From the NCBI GenBank assembly GCA_964576795.1, contig CAZNWT010000001.1:56697-120696 (forward strand): a stretch of DNA of 64,000 bases, given 5' to 3'. Below, in pieces: positions 52,680 to 62,597 of this stretch (position 1 is the first letter of the stretch; each line of letters opens with the position of its first letter). The translations under genes were made by a program, and so were the position numbers. The notes beneath the pieces were generated by a model that saw nothing but the letters and a program-made list of their open reading frames with translations, ran no database searches and was not told where the DNA came from. This DNA comes from an uncultured Victivallales bacterium. GTDB taxonomy: Bacteria; Verrucomicrobiota; Kiritimatiellia; UBA8416.

Positions 52680-55039
52680 GTCGCATCCACCTTTCCGACC
52701 CATTCGCTCTGCGGATAACGCTCCGTAAGCTCCAGCACCGCCTTATTTCGATCCTCAAATTGCTTTAGACGATCAAATGCGAGAGCCGCACGATATAGAC
52801 TCTCTGGAACCAATTCAAGATGATCATAGAGAATAGCCACACTCATGTAATAGCGCGAGGCATCATCATCGCGATTGCCAATTTCTGCTGCACGTCCAAG
52901 CCCGAAGAAAGCGCGTGCCCGAACCGCCAAACCACTATCATCTTCGGTCGTCTTCTTCGATGCCATTCTGAAATATTCATCTGCCGCAGGGGCATCCCCT
53001 TTTGTAAGCGACAAATCACCCAAACGCAAAGCAGCCTCAGCAGCATAGCGGGTATTCACCTTAAGCTCCAGCGCATGCTTGAAAGCCGCTTCCGCCTCCT
53101 GATCTTTCCCGCGTGCGATTTCAGCTCTCGCCAAAAGCACCCACCCCGCCTGCTCCCAGGCAGGCTCTTCTGTCGTTTCCACAAGAAGCTTTGCTGCTGC
53201 TGCGGCCTTGTCGTACGCCTTCTGCTCACCATAATGTGTAGAGATCCACTCTAATAATGTCGGGGGGAACTTACCGATCAGCGGCGAAGCCAGCAACTGC
53301 TGCAACAGATCGGCGGCTTCGTCATTGCGGCCTAGCTTCTGAAGGACAAGCCCAAGCTGAAAGGTGGACTCACGACGCAATTCATCACGCGATGCATGTT
53401 GCATCGCAAGACGAAACTCCCGCTCGGCTGCTGCCAGTTGATCCTGCTCTCGCAACAGCATTCCCTTCCAATAGTAGGCATCCGGGACAAAGCGACCTTT
53501 AGGAAACTGGCGAAGCAGTTCAGAGAGCGAGGCGATGGCATTCTCCCGACGCATAAGTTGAATCTCGCTCATCGCCTTCTGATACAACGCATCCTGAACA
53601 AGCTCGTGCTTTGGATATTCGTAAACTAGTCGTCGCCAATCGCGCGCGGCCGCTTCATGCGCGTTCGCGTTCGCCAGACAGAATGCCGATGCATAGAGCG
53701 CTTTCGGAGCAAGAGGATCCTTCGGGAAATCGGCTACGAGCGCATTGTAGATCGTCGAGGCTTCGAGATATGACTTCTGCTTCTGGAGCTGGTGGGCGAG
53801 ACGGTACGTGGCATCCCTCGCCCGGTCCGTTCCCGGAACATCCCGCATCACCATCCGATAGTACTGCGTTGCCTGTGATCCATGATCCAGAGCGGCATTC
53901 GCTTCGGCCAGCAGCCAACAAACCTCCGTGCGCAACTCTGGCGTCAGACGCACGCGTTCAGCATGCCTGATCGCATCGGCATATTTCCCCATCTTGAAAT
54001 AGGCCACGGCAATTTCGTAACGGGCCGACTCAACAAAACGGCTCTTTGGAAAACGAGTTAACAGTTCCAGATAGGATTTTACCGACGTTCGATTCTGTAG
54101 CAATTGTCGCTCACTATTGGCCCGAATGTAAAGCCACTCATCCTGACCGTTAACCGTCTTGGAATCTAAAAGCGCAGCCTCAGCCAAAGCGCTTGACTCG
54201 GCATATAACCCCGCATTACAAGCAGACCATGCCGCCTGCATACGGGCCGCAGCGGAGCGCTCATCGGCAGGAAAACGCGTCAACAGCTGTCGATAATACG
54301 CTGCACTTTGTTCAAATTCATGCTGGTGAAAATAAATCTCTGCCATCTGAAAAAGCGCCTCGGCGGCAATCCGATCAGATCCTGGCCGCTCCAGAGCTTT
54401 CTTAAAGAATCCAAGAGCTTGATCAGCCAGCCGCTTGGCTTCGCCGTTTTTCGCATTCAAGGCGGTAGTCCAGCGATCCCGATAAATATCGCCACGTTTT
54501 ATCAAAGCATATACATAGAACATCGTGTTCGCATGCTCGGTAATCACGCGCGCAAAAGTCGCGTCCGCTTGATCCCCATCACCCATTTCCAGCAAGGCTT
54601 CGCCAAGATAGTAAAGCGATGCAGACGCAAGATCAGCGGGAGGATTCACGATCAAGATAACATTGAAATGGGCCGCAGCAGAGGCAAAGTCACCATCAGT
54701 CATATAGAGTCGCGCCCGACGATAGGCCGCACGTAGACGAAAAGGACTTTGCTTGTAGTCAACGACAACGCGCGAATAGATCCGCCCCGCTTCGGAAGTC
54801 TTCCCCTGCAACCGCAAGCACTCAGCCATACGAAAGGTTGCCGCATCGGATTGCTCACCCTTTGAAAAATCAATAAGGATGGAGGCATATTCCTTTACTG
54901 CGAGCTCATACATTTCACGCGTGTAAAGCCCATCGGCAAATTGTATACGGTCCGTATACGCATCCGCAAATACGGAAGGCGTCACAGCCAAACCTATCGC
55001 GAGGAGGGCCAACCCCAATCGGGTGTAGCGCGGGTTCAT
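52667..55039 (-). CDS. Exported multi-TPR protein (CpoB/BamD-like repeats)
   Basis: Signal peptide followed by repeated A..Y..LL..FP.S..A.Y..A helical units along the whole length. Confidence 0.88.
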   Translation of the reverse strand: MNPRYTRLGLALLAIGLAVTPSVFADAYTDRIQFADGLYTREMYELAVKEYASILIDFSKGEQSDAATFRMAECLRLQGKTSEAGRIYSRVVVDYKQSPFRLRAAYRRARLYMTDGDFASAAAHFNVILIVNPPADLASASLYYLGEALLEMGDGDQADATFARVITEHANTMFYVYALIKRGDIYRDRWTTALNAKNGEAKRLADQALGFFKKALERPGSDRIAAEALFQMAEIYFHQHEFEQSAAYYRQLLTRFPADERSAAARMQAAWSACNAGLYAESSALAEAALLDSKTVNGQDEWLYIRANSERQLLQNRTSVKSYLELLTRFPKSRFVESARYEIAVAYFKMGKYADAIRHAERVRLTPELRTEVCWLLAEANAALDHGSQATQYYRMVMRDVPGTDRARDATYRLAHQLQKQKSYLEASTIYNALVADFPKDPLAPKALYASAFCLANANAHEAAARDWRRLVYEYPKHELVQDALYQKAMSEIQLMRRENAIASLSELLRQFPKGRFVPDAYYWKGMLLREQDQLAAAEREFRLAMQHASRDELRRESTFQLGLVLQKLGRNDEAADLLQQLLASPLIGKFPPTLLEWISTHYGEQKAYDKAAAAAKLLVETTEEPAWEQAGWVLLARAEIARGKDQEAEAAFKHALELKVNTRYAAEAALRLGDLSLTKGDAPAADEYFRMASKKTTEDDSGLAVRARAFFGLGRAAEIGNRDDDASRYYMSVAILYDHLELVPESLYRAALAFDRLKQFEDRNKAVLELTERYPQSEWVGKVDATWQN

Positions 55040-55044
55040 GTCGA

Positions 55045-55461
55045 CTACTCCTCAGCAGCGGATGTGGCAAACGAGATGTTCCAGATGTCAACTTGGCGAC
55101 AGAGATCCAGAACGCCAATCACGTGCTCATATGCGGTACGCTTGTCAGCCCGAATCAGAACAGGCAGACCGGGATGAATCTCAACAATACGCGTCAAAAG
55201 ATCCGAGAGCCCATCCTGTTGGAGCTGCCGTTGATTCACAATCGCCACCCCGTCTTCACGAATGTTGATGATTATCTCCAGCGGCAACCGATCCGGCACC
55301 TCACCAGTTTCAGCCGTGGGCAGCTTGATATCAATTTCACTCTCCCACTGCGCATAGATCTGTGCCGCAATGAAGAAGCACAATAGCAGGAACATGATAT
55401 CAATCATGGGGGCGAGCTGGAATCCCGCGCTAGGCGGTTGTGTCTTTCCCCGAAAATTCAC
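55045..55461 (-). CDS. exbD: Biopolymer transport protein, ExbD/TolR family
   Basis: APMIDIMFLLLCFF with the conserved TM Asp; VLIRADK. Confidence 0.93.
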   Translation of the reverse strand: MNFRGKTQPPSAGFQLAPMIDIMFLLLCFFIAAQIYAQWESEIDIKLPTAETGEVPDRLPLEIIINIREDGVAIVNQRQLQQDGLSDLLTRIVEIHPGLPVLIRADKRTAYEHVIGVLDLCRQVDIWNISFATSAAEE

Positions 55462-56216
55462 TTCGCCGATCTCCTACTCAACAGGGCCATGAAAATACCA
55501 GCCGAGGCCGACTCTAACAGCGATACCAATTTTGACGAACACCGCCGGAAATAGGCGTAGAACATCATTGCAGGAATACCCACAACCAAACCAAATGCCG
55601 TTGTCAGCATGGCCTTATTAACACCCGCAACCAATGCAGTCGGGCGCACAACGGCAATCTGATCGGAAACAGCATTGAATGCGATCATCATACCAAACAC
55701 GGTACCCAGCAGCCCAATCATGGGAGCCACAGCAGCAATATCCATCAGATACTGCGTCTGCCCCTGAATCGACTCGGATTGGCGTGCGCCCTCTGCCTCA
55801 ACCACATCCCGCATCAACATGGGATCGGCATCAGGAATACTCTTCATATGGTCAAGGGCCGTCAAAACAACGGCTGTCAATGGCCCCCGCTTAAAGCTGC
55901 ACAACCGCCGCACATCATCAAGCGCTCCAGCCTGTATCTTCGCCATCAGTTCACTGCGAAACGGCTCAGGCACAATCTGCTGCTTACGCAGCACAACAAA
56001 GAAATAGAGAATCAACGCAAGCGTACCTACAGAGAGCGCTCCCAAGACACCATACACACCCTTCACTGCAAGATCCATAGCAGCAGGAAACGATACACCA
56101 CTCTCACTCAGTGCAACGCCATCGCCAGCAACCTCCTGTGCATACCCCGGCATCACGACCACACTCCCCAGAATCACCCCCACAATCAGAAACGCACTCA
56201 CACACCATCTCTTCAT
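55458..56216 (-). CDS. exbB: MotA/TolQ/ExbB proton channel protein
   Basis: APMIGLLGTVFGM, AMLTTAFGLVVGIPA; N-terminal signal-like extension. Confidence 0.93.
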   Translation of the reverse strand: MKRWCVSAFLIVGVILGSVVVMPGYAQEVAGDGVALSESGVSFPAAMDLAVKGVYGVLGALSVGTLALILYFFVVLRKQQIVPEPFRSELMAKIQAGALDDVRRLCSFKRGPLTAVVLTALDHMKSIPDADPMLMRDVVEAEGARQSESIQGQTQYLMDIAAVAPMIGLLGTVFGMMIAFNAVSDQIAVVRPTALVAGVNKAMLTTAFGLVVGIPAMMFYAYFRRCSSKLVSLLESASAGIFMALLSRRSAK

Positions 56217-56255
56217 ATCAATATCCCCATTTCAACTTTCATCCCTCAGCCCTTC

Positions 56256-57638
56256 TTAATCCCCAAGATCCGGGTACGAAACCCCTAACAGATCTGAGAG
56301 AACAGCATAGTAACGCTTTCGGTTCGTCTTAACAAACAACAATCCGTCCGTCGCTCGCTTCTTCAACACCTTGAAGTCAAGTCCAGCCGAAGCGCCCTCG
56401 TGTACCTTTGCAGCGATAGCGACCTGGGGGTCCACATCACCCAGTTCGCCCAAGGTTGCCTTCACCGTATCGTACGCATCCCGGAAAGGCACCCCTGCCG
56501 CCACCAACTCCAAAGCACGATCCGTAGCAAAAACGCCCGGACTAAAACCACGCAACAGTGCAGCAGCATCAACCTCTACATGCCCCATTACCAACGCCAC
56601 AGCTCGCAGGGCATCACGCGTTACGCCAACCCCCTCAAGGAAAGGTTCTTTTGTCTCCTGAAGATCACGTTGATATCCCCCGGGAAGTCCCTTTAGAATA
56701 CCGGTAACACTGTTTGTGCAAGCCAGGACCTTAGCCGTACGCGCGCGGACCAATTCAAAAACATCCGGATTCTGCTTCTGCGGCATAATGCTGCTGCCAG
56801 TACAATACTCCGATGACAAGCGGAAATAGGCAAACTCCGGCATCATAAACAAAATCATATCTTCAGCGAGCCGAGAGAGCGACAGCATCACCTGCGAGGT
56901 CGCGGCCAACACCACACTCTCGCATTTCCCTCGCGCCATGCTCGCGTACATCACATTGTGAATAGGCCGCTCAAACCCCAACAACCGGGCTGTAAGGGGG
57001 CGATCAATCGCTAGTGGAACACCATACCCTGCTGCCGACCCCAGCGGACAACGATCATTCTGGGCATAGGCTGCAATCAGCCCTTCAATATCATCCAAAA
57101 GACTCTCGGCATGCGCAGAGGCCCACACACCAACGGAACTTGGCATAGCAGGTTGAAGATGCGTCCGACCCACCATCGGCACCATGGCGTGCCGCTGCCC
57201 CAGCGCCAATAGGACACGGGCAAGTTCAGCAGCATCCTCAATCATCCCAAAAAGTTGTTCTTTGCCATACAACCGGAGATCAACCGCAACCTGATCATTG
57301 CGGCTACGAGCGGTATGCACCCGTTTTCCAACATCACCGAGTTTTGTGCTGAGCGAACGCTCTACTGCCAGGTGTACATCCTGATCCTTTGTGCGAATGG
57401 GGAAACGCCCCGCACGAGCGCGGCGCATAATCGCTACTAATTCGCGAATCACCCCAGCACGTTCTGCCTCTGAAAACAGGGGTTCCTTTAGCTTCAGCTT
57501 GGACAGCATCTGCACATGCGCAGCAGAACCAATACAGTCTGCTTCAACCAAAGCCCCATCTAAAATCACATCTTTGCCAGCAGTGAATGCCAGTACCTCG
57601 GGGTGGATCTGTCCAACCAATGTTTTCCGAGCCGTCAT
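56256..57638 (-). CDS. argH: Argininosuccinate lyase
   Basis: HTARSRNDQV, GRTHLQPA, PLGSAAGYG, GSSIMPQKQNPD, GYQRDLQETK. Confidence 0.95.
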   Translation of the reverse strand: MTARKTLVGQIHPEVLAFTAGKDVILDGALVEADCIGSAAHVQMLSKLKLKEPLFSEAERAGVIRELVAIMRRARAGRFPIRTKDQDVHLAVERSLSTKLGDVGKRVHTARSRNDQVAVDLRLYGKEQLFGMIEDAAELARVLLALGQRHAMVPMVGRTHLQPAMPSSVGVWASAHAESLLDDIEGLIAAYAQNDRCPLGSAAGYGVPLAIDRPLTARLLGFERPIHNVMYASMARGKCESVVLAATSQVMLSLSRLAEDMILFMMPEFAYFRLSSEYCTGSSIMPQKQNPDVFELVRARTAKVLACTNSVTGILKGLPGGYQRDLQETKEPFLEGVGVTRDALRAVALVMGHVEVDAAALLRGFSPGVFATDRALELVAAGVPFRDAYDTVKATLGELGDVDPQVAIAAKVHEGASAGLDFKVLKKRATDGLLFVKTNRKRYYAVLSDLLGVSYPDLGD

Positions 57639-57684
57639 GGTTTATGCTCCGATTTCAATCCTATGTCGTAACATTCACGCCCCA

Positions 57685-58923
57685 TCATTCGGTGAGAATG
57701 CCGCCAGCGGCTTCGACCTTTTCACTCAATTGTGTCAAGGCGGCATTCACCGCCTCCAAACGTCTCAACAACACGGCGCCTGATGCACCCTTTTCAAGAT
57801 TCGAAAGAAATTGGCCCAATCGCACAATAATAGATCGAAAACTTTCAGAGCGTCCCGCCGCCAGCAAATCCAGTCGACTGCGCTTCTGTCGCACAAACGA
57901 AGCGATCCAATCCTCTTTCCGCAACGGCACCAATTGGGCCAGCAAGGATCCCTTCGGAAGCTCAACAGAAAGGGGGATACCACACACACCGGGATAAATC
58001 AACAGTTCGGATCGTAGTTGATCAATCAGCCGAGTCGACACCATTCCCAATGCATACACCACATGCTCCTGCTGGATGAGCCAGCGCTCCCAGGCTTCAT
58101 CAGCCCGCAGCTCTCCCCCCTCCGACACAAGCAGAGTAAGTTTCTCCATCGTGAGAGGTTGCCCAGCAGACAACTGCTTAAACAACGCCTGAAATCGCTT
58201 CTGTCGCGTGGGTAGGTCCGTCAACCAGTGCACAAAAACCCCATAAGCCGCTAGGCGTTGAGGATCGTCTAATCTATCAGGAGGCACAGGTGAGCCATCC
58301 CCAAGAATATCCCAGAATGAAATCAAGCCGCCAGAGCGCCAGAGCGCCAAAACCTTCTCAATATTCTCGGCGCGCACCTTAGGCCACAGATTCTGCTCAA
58401 CGCCCTTCACCAACCACGGAGGAAATGCCGGCTCCGTCGCATTGAGAGAGACACCCACATAAGCCGCCAGCAGGGACGCACAAAGCCGCTGTAGACCCTC
58501 AGATGAATAGGCAACGTCGTAATCTTCCAGATAAACTAGGTGAAACCACTGGTTCCCTCGCCGCACTACCTGCACATAAAGCACCTCCGGAAGCGCCGCG
58601 TTCTCAGCGCTGACATTCAGATGCACGGTCCGATTATTGAAAGGCAACGAAAAACCCGTAACAGATTCGACCCGATCAGTAACCTCTTCGCACCAAGAGG
58701 CCAAAGCCACATTCTCCAAGCGATTCGTCCCCGTAACGATGAAATGGCCGGAAATACTACGGGAGCTCATCTCTGAAATAGCAGCAATACGGGATCGGAT
58801 GGATTCAAGCGTGTCATCCGTTGCAGCACAAAACGACGGCATCAAGACGAAGGCCCAAAACGCTAAGAAAAAGATATATATAGGCATGATCGGCATCGTA
58901 CCGCCCGGATACGGGCAGCACAA
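57685..58923 (-). CDS. Exported hypothetical protein with a degenerate peptidase-MA-like motif; start uncertain
   Basis: Hydrophobic N-terminus; PPWLVKGVEQ resembles PxWxxEG but no HExxH is present. Confidence 0.7.
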   Translation of the reverse strand: MCCPYPGGTMPIMPIYIFFLAFWAFVLMPSFCAATDDTLESIRSRIAAISEMSSRSISGHFIVTGTNRLENVALASWCEEVTDRVESVTGFSLPFNNRTVHLNVSAENAALPEVLYVQVVRRGNQWFHLVYLEDYDVAYSSEGLQRLCASLLAAYVGVSLNATEPAFPPWLVKGVEQNLWPKVRAENIEKVLALWRSGGLISFWDILGDGSPVPPDRLDDPQRLAAYGVFVHWLTDLPTRQKRFQALFKQLSAGQPLTMEKLTLLVSEGGELRADEAWERWLIQQEHVVYALGMVSTRLIDQLRSELLIYPGVCGIPLSVELPKGSLLAQLVPLRKEDWIASFVRQKRSRLDLLAAGRSESFRSIIVRLGQFLSNLEKGASGAVLLRRLEAVNAALTQLSEKVEAAGGILTE

Positions 58924-58928
58924 ACTTC

Positions 58929-59225
58929 TTATTCGGAAGCTTTTTTAGAGTCAGGCTTCGAGGACGATGACGGCTTCTCGCTGCTGCTTGAGCTCGACGC
59001 AGATGCAGCAGCACTCTCCTTGCTGGCAGCATCGCGATAGCTCTTGCTCCTATAGTCAGTCTGATAGAACCCACTGCCCTTGAAAATAATGCCAGCACCC
59101 GAACCGATAAGTTTGCGAACCTTGCATCTACACTTTGGACACCGCTTAACCGGCTCATCCAACATGCTCTGAAACCGCTCAAAGACGTGACCACATTTCG
59201 TGCACTCATATTCATACGTGGGCAT
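58929..59225 (-). CDS. FmdB family zinc-ribbon protein
   Basis: MPTYEYECTKCGHVFE..CPKC..IFKGSGFYQTDY. Confidence 0.93.
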   Translation of the reverse strand: MPTYEYECTKCGHVFERFQSMLDEPVKRCPKCRCKVRKLIGSGAGIIFKGSGFYQTDYRSKSYRDAASKESAAASASSSSSSEKPSSSSKPDSKKASE

Positions 59226-59266
59226 AACTAACATCTCTCCAAATCGGGATCATCAAAACGGAGTAT

Positions 59267-59295
59267 ACGCTATAGCGCAACGCCACCAATGTCAA
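59267..59295 (-). promoter_or_regulatory. Sigma70-like promoter of fmdB and downstream genes
   Basis: TTGACA (59295-59290), 17-nt spacer, TAGCGT. Confidence 0.5.
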
Positions 59296-59329
59296 CGACC
59301 GGTTAGGTTATTCGAAGGACATTAATGGT

Positions 59330-60088
59330 TTACCGCCGAAACCGGCGATAGTGTCCCGGTGTGTTTTTGAATAGCTTGCGGAACATTCGGGACAGGGAAT
59401 ATTCATCGCCAAGTCCGGCCTTAGGCGCTATCTCCTTGAGGGGCAGGCTGGTGCTGAGGATCAACTCACGTGCATATTCCGCGCGCATGGCCCGAACATC
59501 CTCCATGGGGGTACGTCCGGTGGCCACCCGGTATTTACGCAAGAAATGGAATTTGCTCAATCCGCAAACCTTGGCCAGGTGATCCAGCGAAAGCGGTTCA
59601 GCGATGTGCTTCCGGATATGCTGCCGTGTCAAGGTTACCATAGGATCGTCTTCCGTTCCCATATTTCTGAGGCATTGGGCCAATATCACCTGCAGCAAAG
59701 CATCCCGCTGTGTTATTGCTGCGGGACTGGATGCACTCCGGTCGGTGTGCAGCCATGCCCCCATCTCTCGAATGTTGTCACGGATATCTGTGATTTTCGT
59801 GACTGGCATTCCGGTCATGCCAGGACAGGTGAAGCATAGAAAAATGCTTTGCAGGGGGTACACGCGATCTGACCATTCCTCATGTACCACAGAGGCTGGA
59901 TAAATCAGGACATCGCCCATCACGGCCTTGATCCTCCCTGCCGGACTCTGCACCGTTATGCCCCCGACGATGACCATGATCAGTTCATGATGGGGGTGCT
60001 GGCTTGCAGGTACATGCCACTGCGGGTCCGAAACCACCATTCCACAGGTAAGAAAAGAGGCTCTTCTGATGTCATTCTCATGGAACAT
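59330..60088 (-). CDS. AraC family transcriptional regulator
   Basis: Cupin (HQHPHHELI), dual HTH (LSLDHLAKVCGLSKFHFLR; LKEIAPKAGL..YSLSRMFRK..TPGHYR). Confidence 0.93.
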   Translation of the reverse strand: MFHENDIRRASFLTCGMVVSDPQWHVPASQHPHHELIMVIVGGITVQSPAGRIKAVMGDVLIYPASVVHEEWSDRVYPLQSIFLCFTCPGMTGMPVTKITDIRDNIREMGAWLHTDRSASSPAAITQRDALLQVILAQCLRNMGTEDDPMVTLTRQHIRKHIAEPLSLDHLAKVCGLSKFHFLRKYRVATGRTPMEDVRAMRAEYARELILSTSLPLKEIAPKAGLGDEYSLSRMFRKLFKNTPGHYRRFRR

Positions 60089-60236
60089 GCCGCATTAAGC
60101 AATATCTGACAAAAAATAGCAATCCTTGTTATTGCCGTATTCCAGTCAATAGTGCTTAACTACTAGCTCGTTAAACGTATTGATTCTTTTGTTAGGATAT
60201 TTCAATACAGCAATTACCACGGTTAAAAGGGAGGCC

Positions 60237-61189
60237 ATGATGGCGAAAATAGCGATGATCGGAGCGGGGAGTCTGGTGTTCTGCAAAACTCTGATGTCTG
60301 ATTTCCTGGCCACGCCGGCGTGAAGAAGGAGAAAATTGATTTCCTGGCCGCCGGCATCAATCACATGGCCTGGTTTCTGAAACTGGAGAAAGATGGCAAC
60401 GATTTCTATCCGGTTTTAAAGAAGAATTTTGAAAAGCCAGGCTATTACGTCAATGAAAAGGTGCGTGGCGAAGTCATGCGTCATTTCGGGTATTTCATGA
60501 CTGAGAGCACGGGCCATCTCTCGGAGTATATGCCGTATTTCCGCAAGAACAAAAAGGCGTTGGACCTGTACTGCGACGAGCCTTCCTTCGGTGGTGAAAG
60601 TGGTGCCTATTACAAGTATTGCGTCATGTTGGTAGAAAAGTTCAACACCATGGACCCGCTTTCAATTGAGTCAACCAAGCTGGGTCCGCGCAGCGCCGAG
60701 TATTGCTCGCATATCATTGAGGCGAAGGAGACAGGCAAAATCTTCCGGCTCAACGGTAATATCCGTAACGACGATTACATCAAGAACTTGCCAGATGGCT
60801 GTTGTGTTGAGGTGCCGATCTATGTCAACCGGATTGGGCTGCATCCATCGGTTGTCGGCAACCTGCCGCCCCAGTGCGCGGCGCTGAACATGACCAACGT
60901 GCTAGTTCAGGGCCTGACTGTCGAAGCCAGTTTTACCGGCGGCCCTGAGTTGGTGATGCAGGCCGTGGCACGGGACCCTCTGACATTCTCTGTTCTGACA
61001 TTAGACCAAATTCGGAAGATGGTGGCAGAAATGCTAGAGGCGGAGGCGGGGCATCTACCCCAGTTTGACGGTAAGACCCTGCGGCCGGTTCCGGCGATCC
61101 GGGTGCCGAAAAATGTCAAATGTCAGGATGTTCCAGTAGATCCTGCGTTGGCGATTGCCAACCGCTTCGGGAAACTGGCGAAGGCTTAG
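60237..61189 (+). pseudogene. GH4 alpha-galactosidase/alpha-glucosidase (MelA-like) with a large internal deletion and frameshift
   Basis: MMAKIAMIGAGSLVFCKTLMSDFLATPA* (60237-60323) joined out of frame to GVKKEKIDFLAAGINHMAWFL..TESTGHLSEY. The GH4 CHx metal-binding motif is absent. Confidence 0.88.
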
Positions 61190-61232
61190 ATCCAATTTGG
61201 AACCATAAACAAAATAGTGGGAGAATCGAAGC

Positions 61233-62291
61233 ATGAGCGACAAGAAAGTTAAAGTTGGGTTTGTGGGCGTGGGTGCTATGGGGCAGTGCGCCCACTTGAG
61301 AAATTATGTCACCATTCCAGAATGCAAAGTGGTGGCGCTGGCAGAAATCCGGGCGGATCTTCGCGCAAAGGTGGCGGCACGATATGGCATCCCGCGCACC
61401 TACGCCTCGCATGAGGAAATGCTAAAGGTCGAAAAGCCTGACGGCATCGTGGCGTCACAACCGTTTAATCGGCATGGCACGCTCGTCCCCGAGATTCTGC
61501 AAGCAAGCATCCCCGTGTTTACTGAGAAACCGATCGCCGCCTCGATCGAAATGGGCGAGAAAGTTCTGAAGGCGGTCAAGGCATCCGGAACCTGGCACAT
61601 GGTCGGTTATCACAAACGGAGTGATCCGGCCACCATGGCGGCCAAGGCGGAAATTGACCGGCTTAAGGCGTCAGGCGAGCTCGGCAAGCTGAAATACGTG
61701 CGCCTCCTGATGCCGTCGGGCGATTATATCGCAGGCGGATTTAACGACCTGATCACGTCGAATGTGCAACCAGAAAACCTGACATATGATCCCCCGGCCT
61801 CAGACATGGATGCGCCCACCCGGCAGGCTTACGAAGCCTTCGTCAACTACTACATCCACCAAGTCAACCTCATGCGTCATCTGCTGGGCGAAGCTTATCA
61901 CGTCACGTATGCCGAACCTTCAGGTGTTATGCTGGCTGGCCAGAGCGACAGCGGGATTGCCTGCATAATCGAAATGACCCCCTATGAAACCACCATCGAC
62001 TGGCAGGAGTCCGCGCTTGTTTGTTTTGAGCGCGGTTGGGTAAAGTTGGAACTGCCTGCGCCGGTGACGTTGAACCGCGCCGGCCGTGTCGAGTTTTTCA
62101 GAGATCCCGGAGCAGGAGCCACGCCCCAGACCGTAACCCCGCAGATGCCTTGGGCACACGCCATGAGGCAGCAAGCGATCAACTTCGTCAAGGCCATCAA
62201 GGGTGAGATGAAACCGCTTTGCGAGGCTGCCGAGGCGCTTGAGGATCTCAAGGTTGCCCGCAAGTACATTCAGCTGAAAACGGGGAGATGA
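61233..62291 (+). CDS. Gfo/Idh/MocA family oxidoreductase
   Basis: VGFVGVGAMG, FTEKPIA, MVGYHKR, YYIHQVN. Confidence 0.9.
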   Translation: MSDKKVKVGFVGVGAMGQCAHLRNYVTIPECKVVALAEIRADLRAKVAARYGIPRTYASHEEMLKVEKPDGIVASQPFNRHGTLVPEILQASIPVFTEKPIAASIEMGEKVLKAVKASGTWHMVGYHKRSDPATMAAKAEIDRLKASGELGKLKYVRLLMPSGDYIAGGFNDLITSNVQPENLTYDPPASDMDAPTRQAYEAFVNYYIHQVNLMRHLLGEAYHVTYAEPSGVMLAGQSDSGIACIIEMTPYETTIDWQESALVCFERGWVKLELPAPVTLNRAGRVEFFRDPGAGATPQTVTPQMPWAHAMRQQAINFVKAIKGEMKPLCEAAEALEDLKVARKYIQLKTGR

Positions 62292-62330
62292 ACGGATTGT
62301 GAAAGCGCTAAAAACGAGGGGGGTCCAGTT

Positions 62331-62526
62331 TTTGAGAGCAAGGTGATTGAAGAGACGCCAGAGTATATCGTGGTGCGTCATGGACAGGACATCCCCCCTG
62401 AAAAATATTTGCACCGGGGCAATTCCGGAACTTCTGGACTATCCTGTCAAAACGTCGGAGGACTGGGAGCAGTTCAAGGCGGAATGGCTTCGAATCGATC
62501 ACTTGATCCCGCCAGATGCGAAATGA
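62331..62526 (+). pseudogene. Relic fragment of a uroporphyrinogen decarboxylase (URO-D/MtaA-CmuA) family gene
   Basis: FESKVIEETPEYIVVRH in one frame, then GAIPELLDYPVKTSEDWEQFKAEW in the next frame. Confidence 0.6.
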
Positions 62527-62597
62527 GAGAATTTCAAATATGCGGTGGAGCAACTGCGTCAAGCGTGTCACAAAGAAAAACAGGAAGGGATTTAATT

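Noticed and set aside
50919-56216. Canonical Tol-Pal or TonB uptake operon
   Set aside because: No TolB, Pal, TonB_C domain or TonB-dependent receptor is in the unit or elsewhere in the window.
62343-62597. N-terminal extension of the FG-GAP protein as called in the ORF track
   Set aside because: It is better explained by a frameshifted URO-D relic plus intergenic DNA; a good RBS precedes the ATG at 62598.
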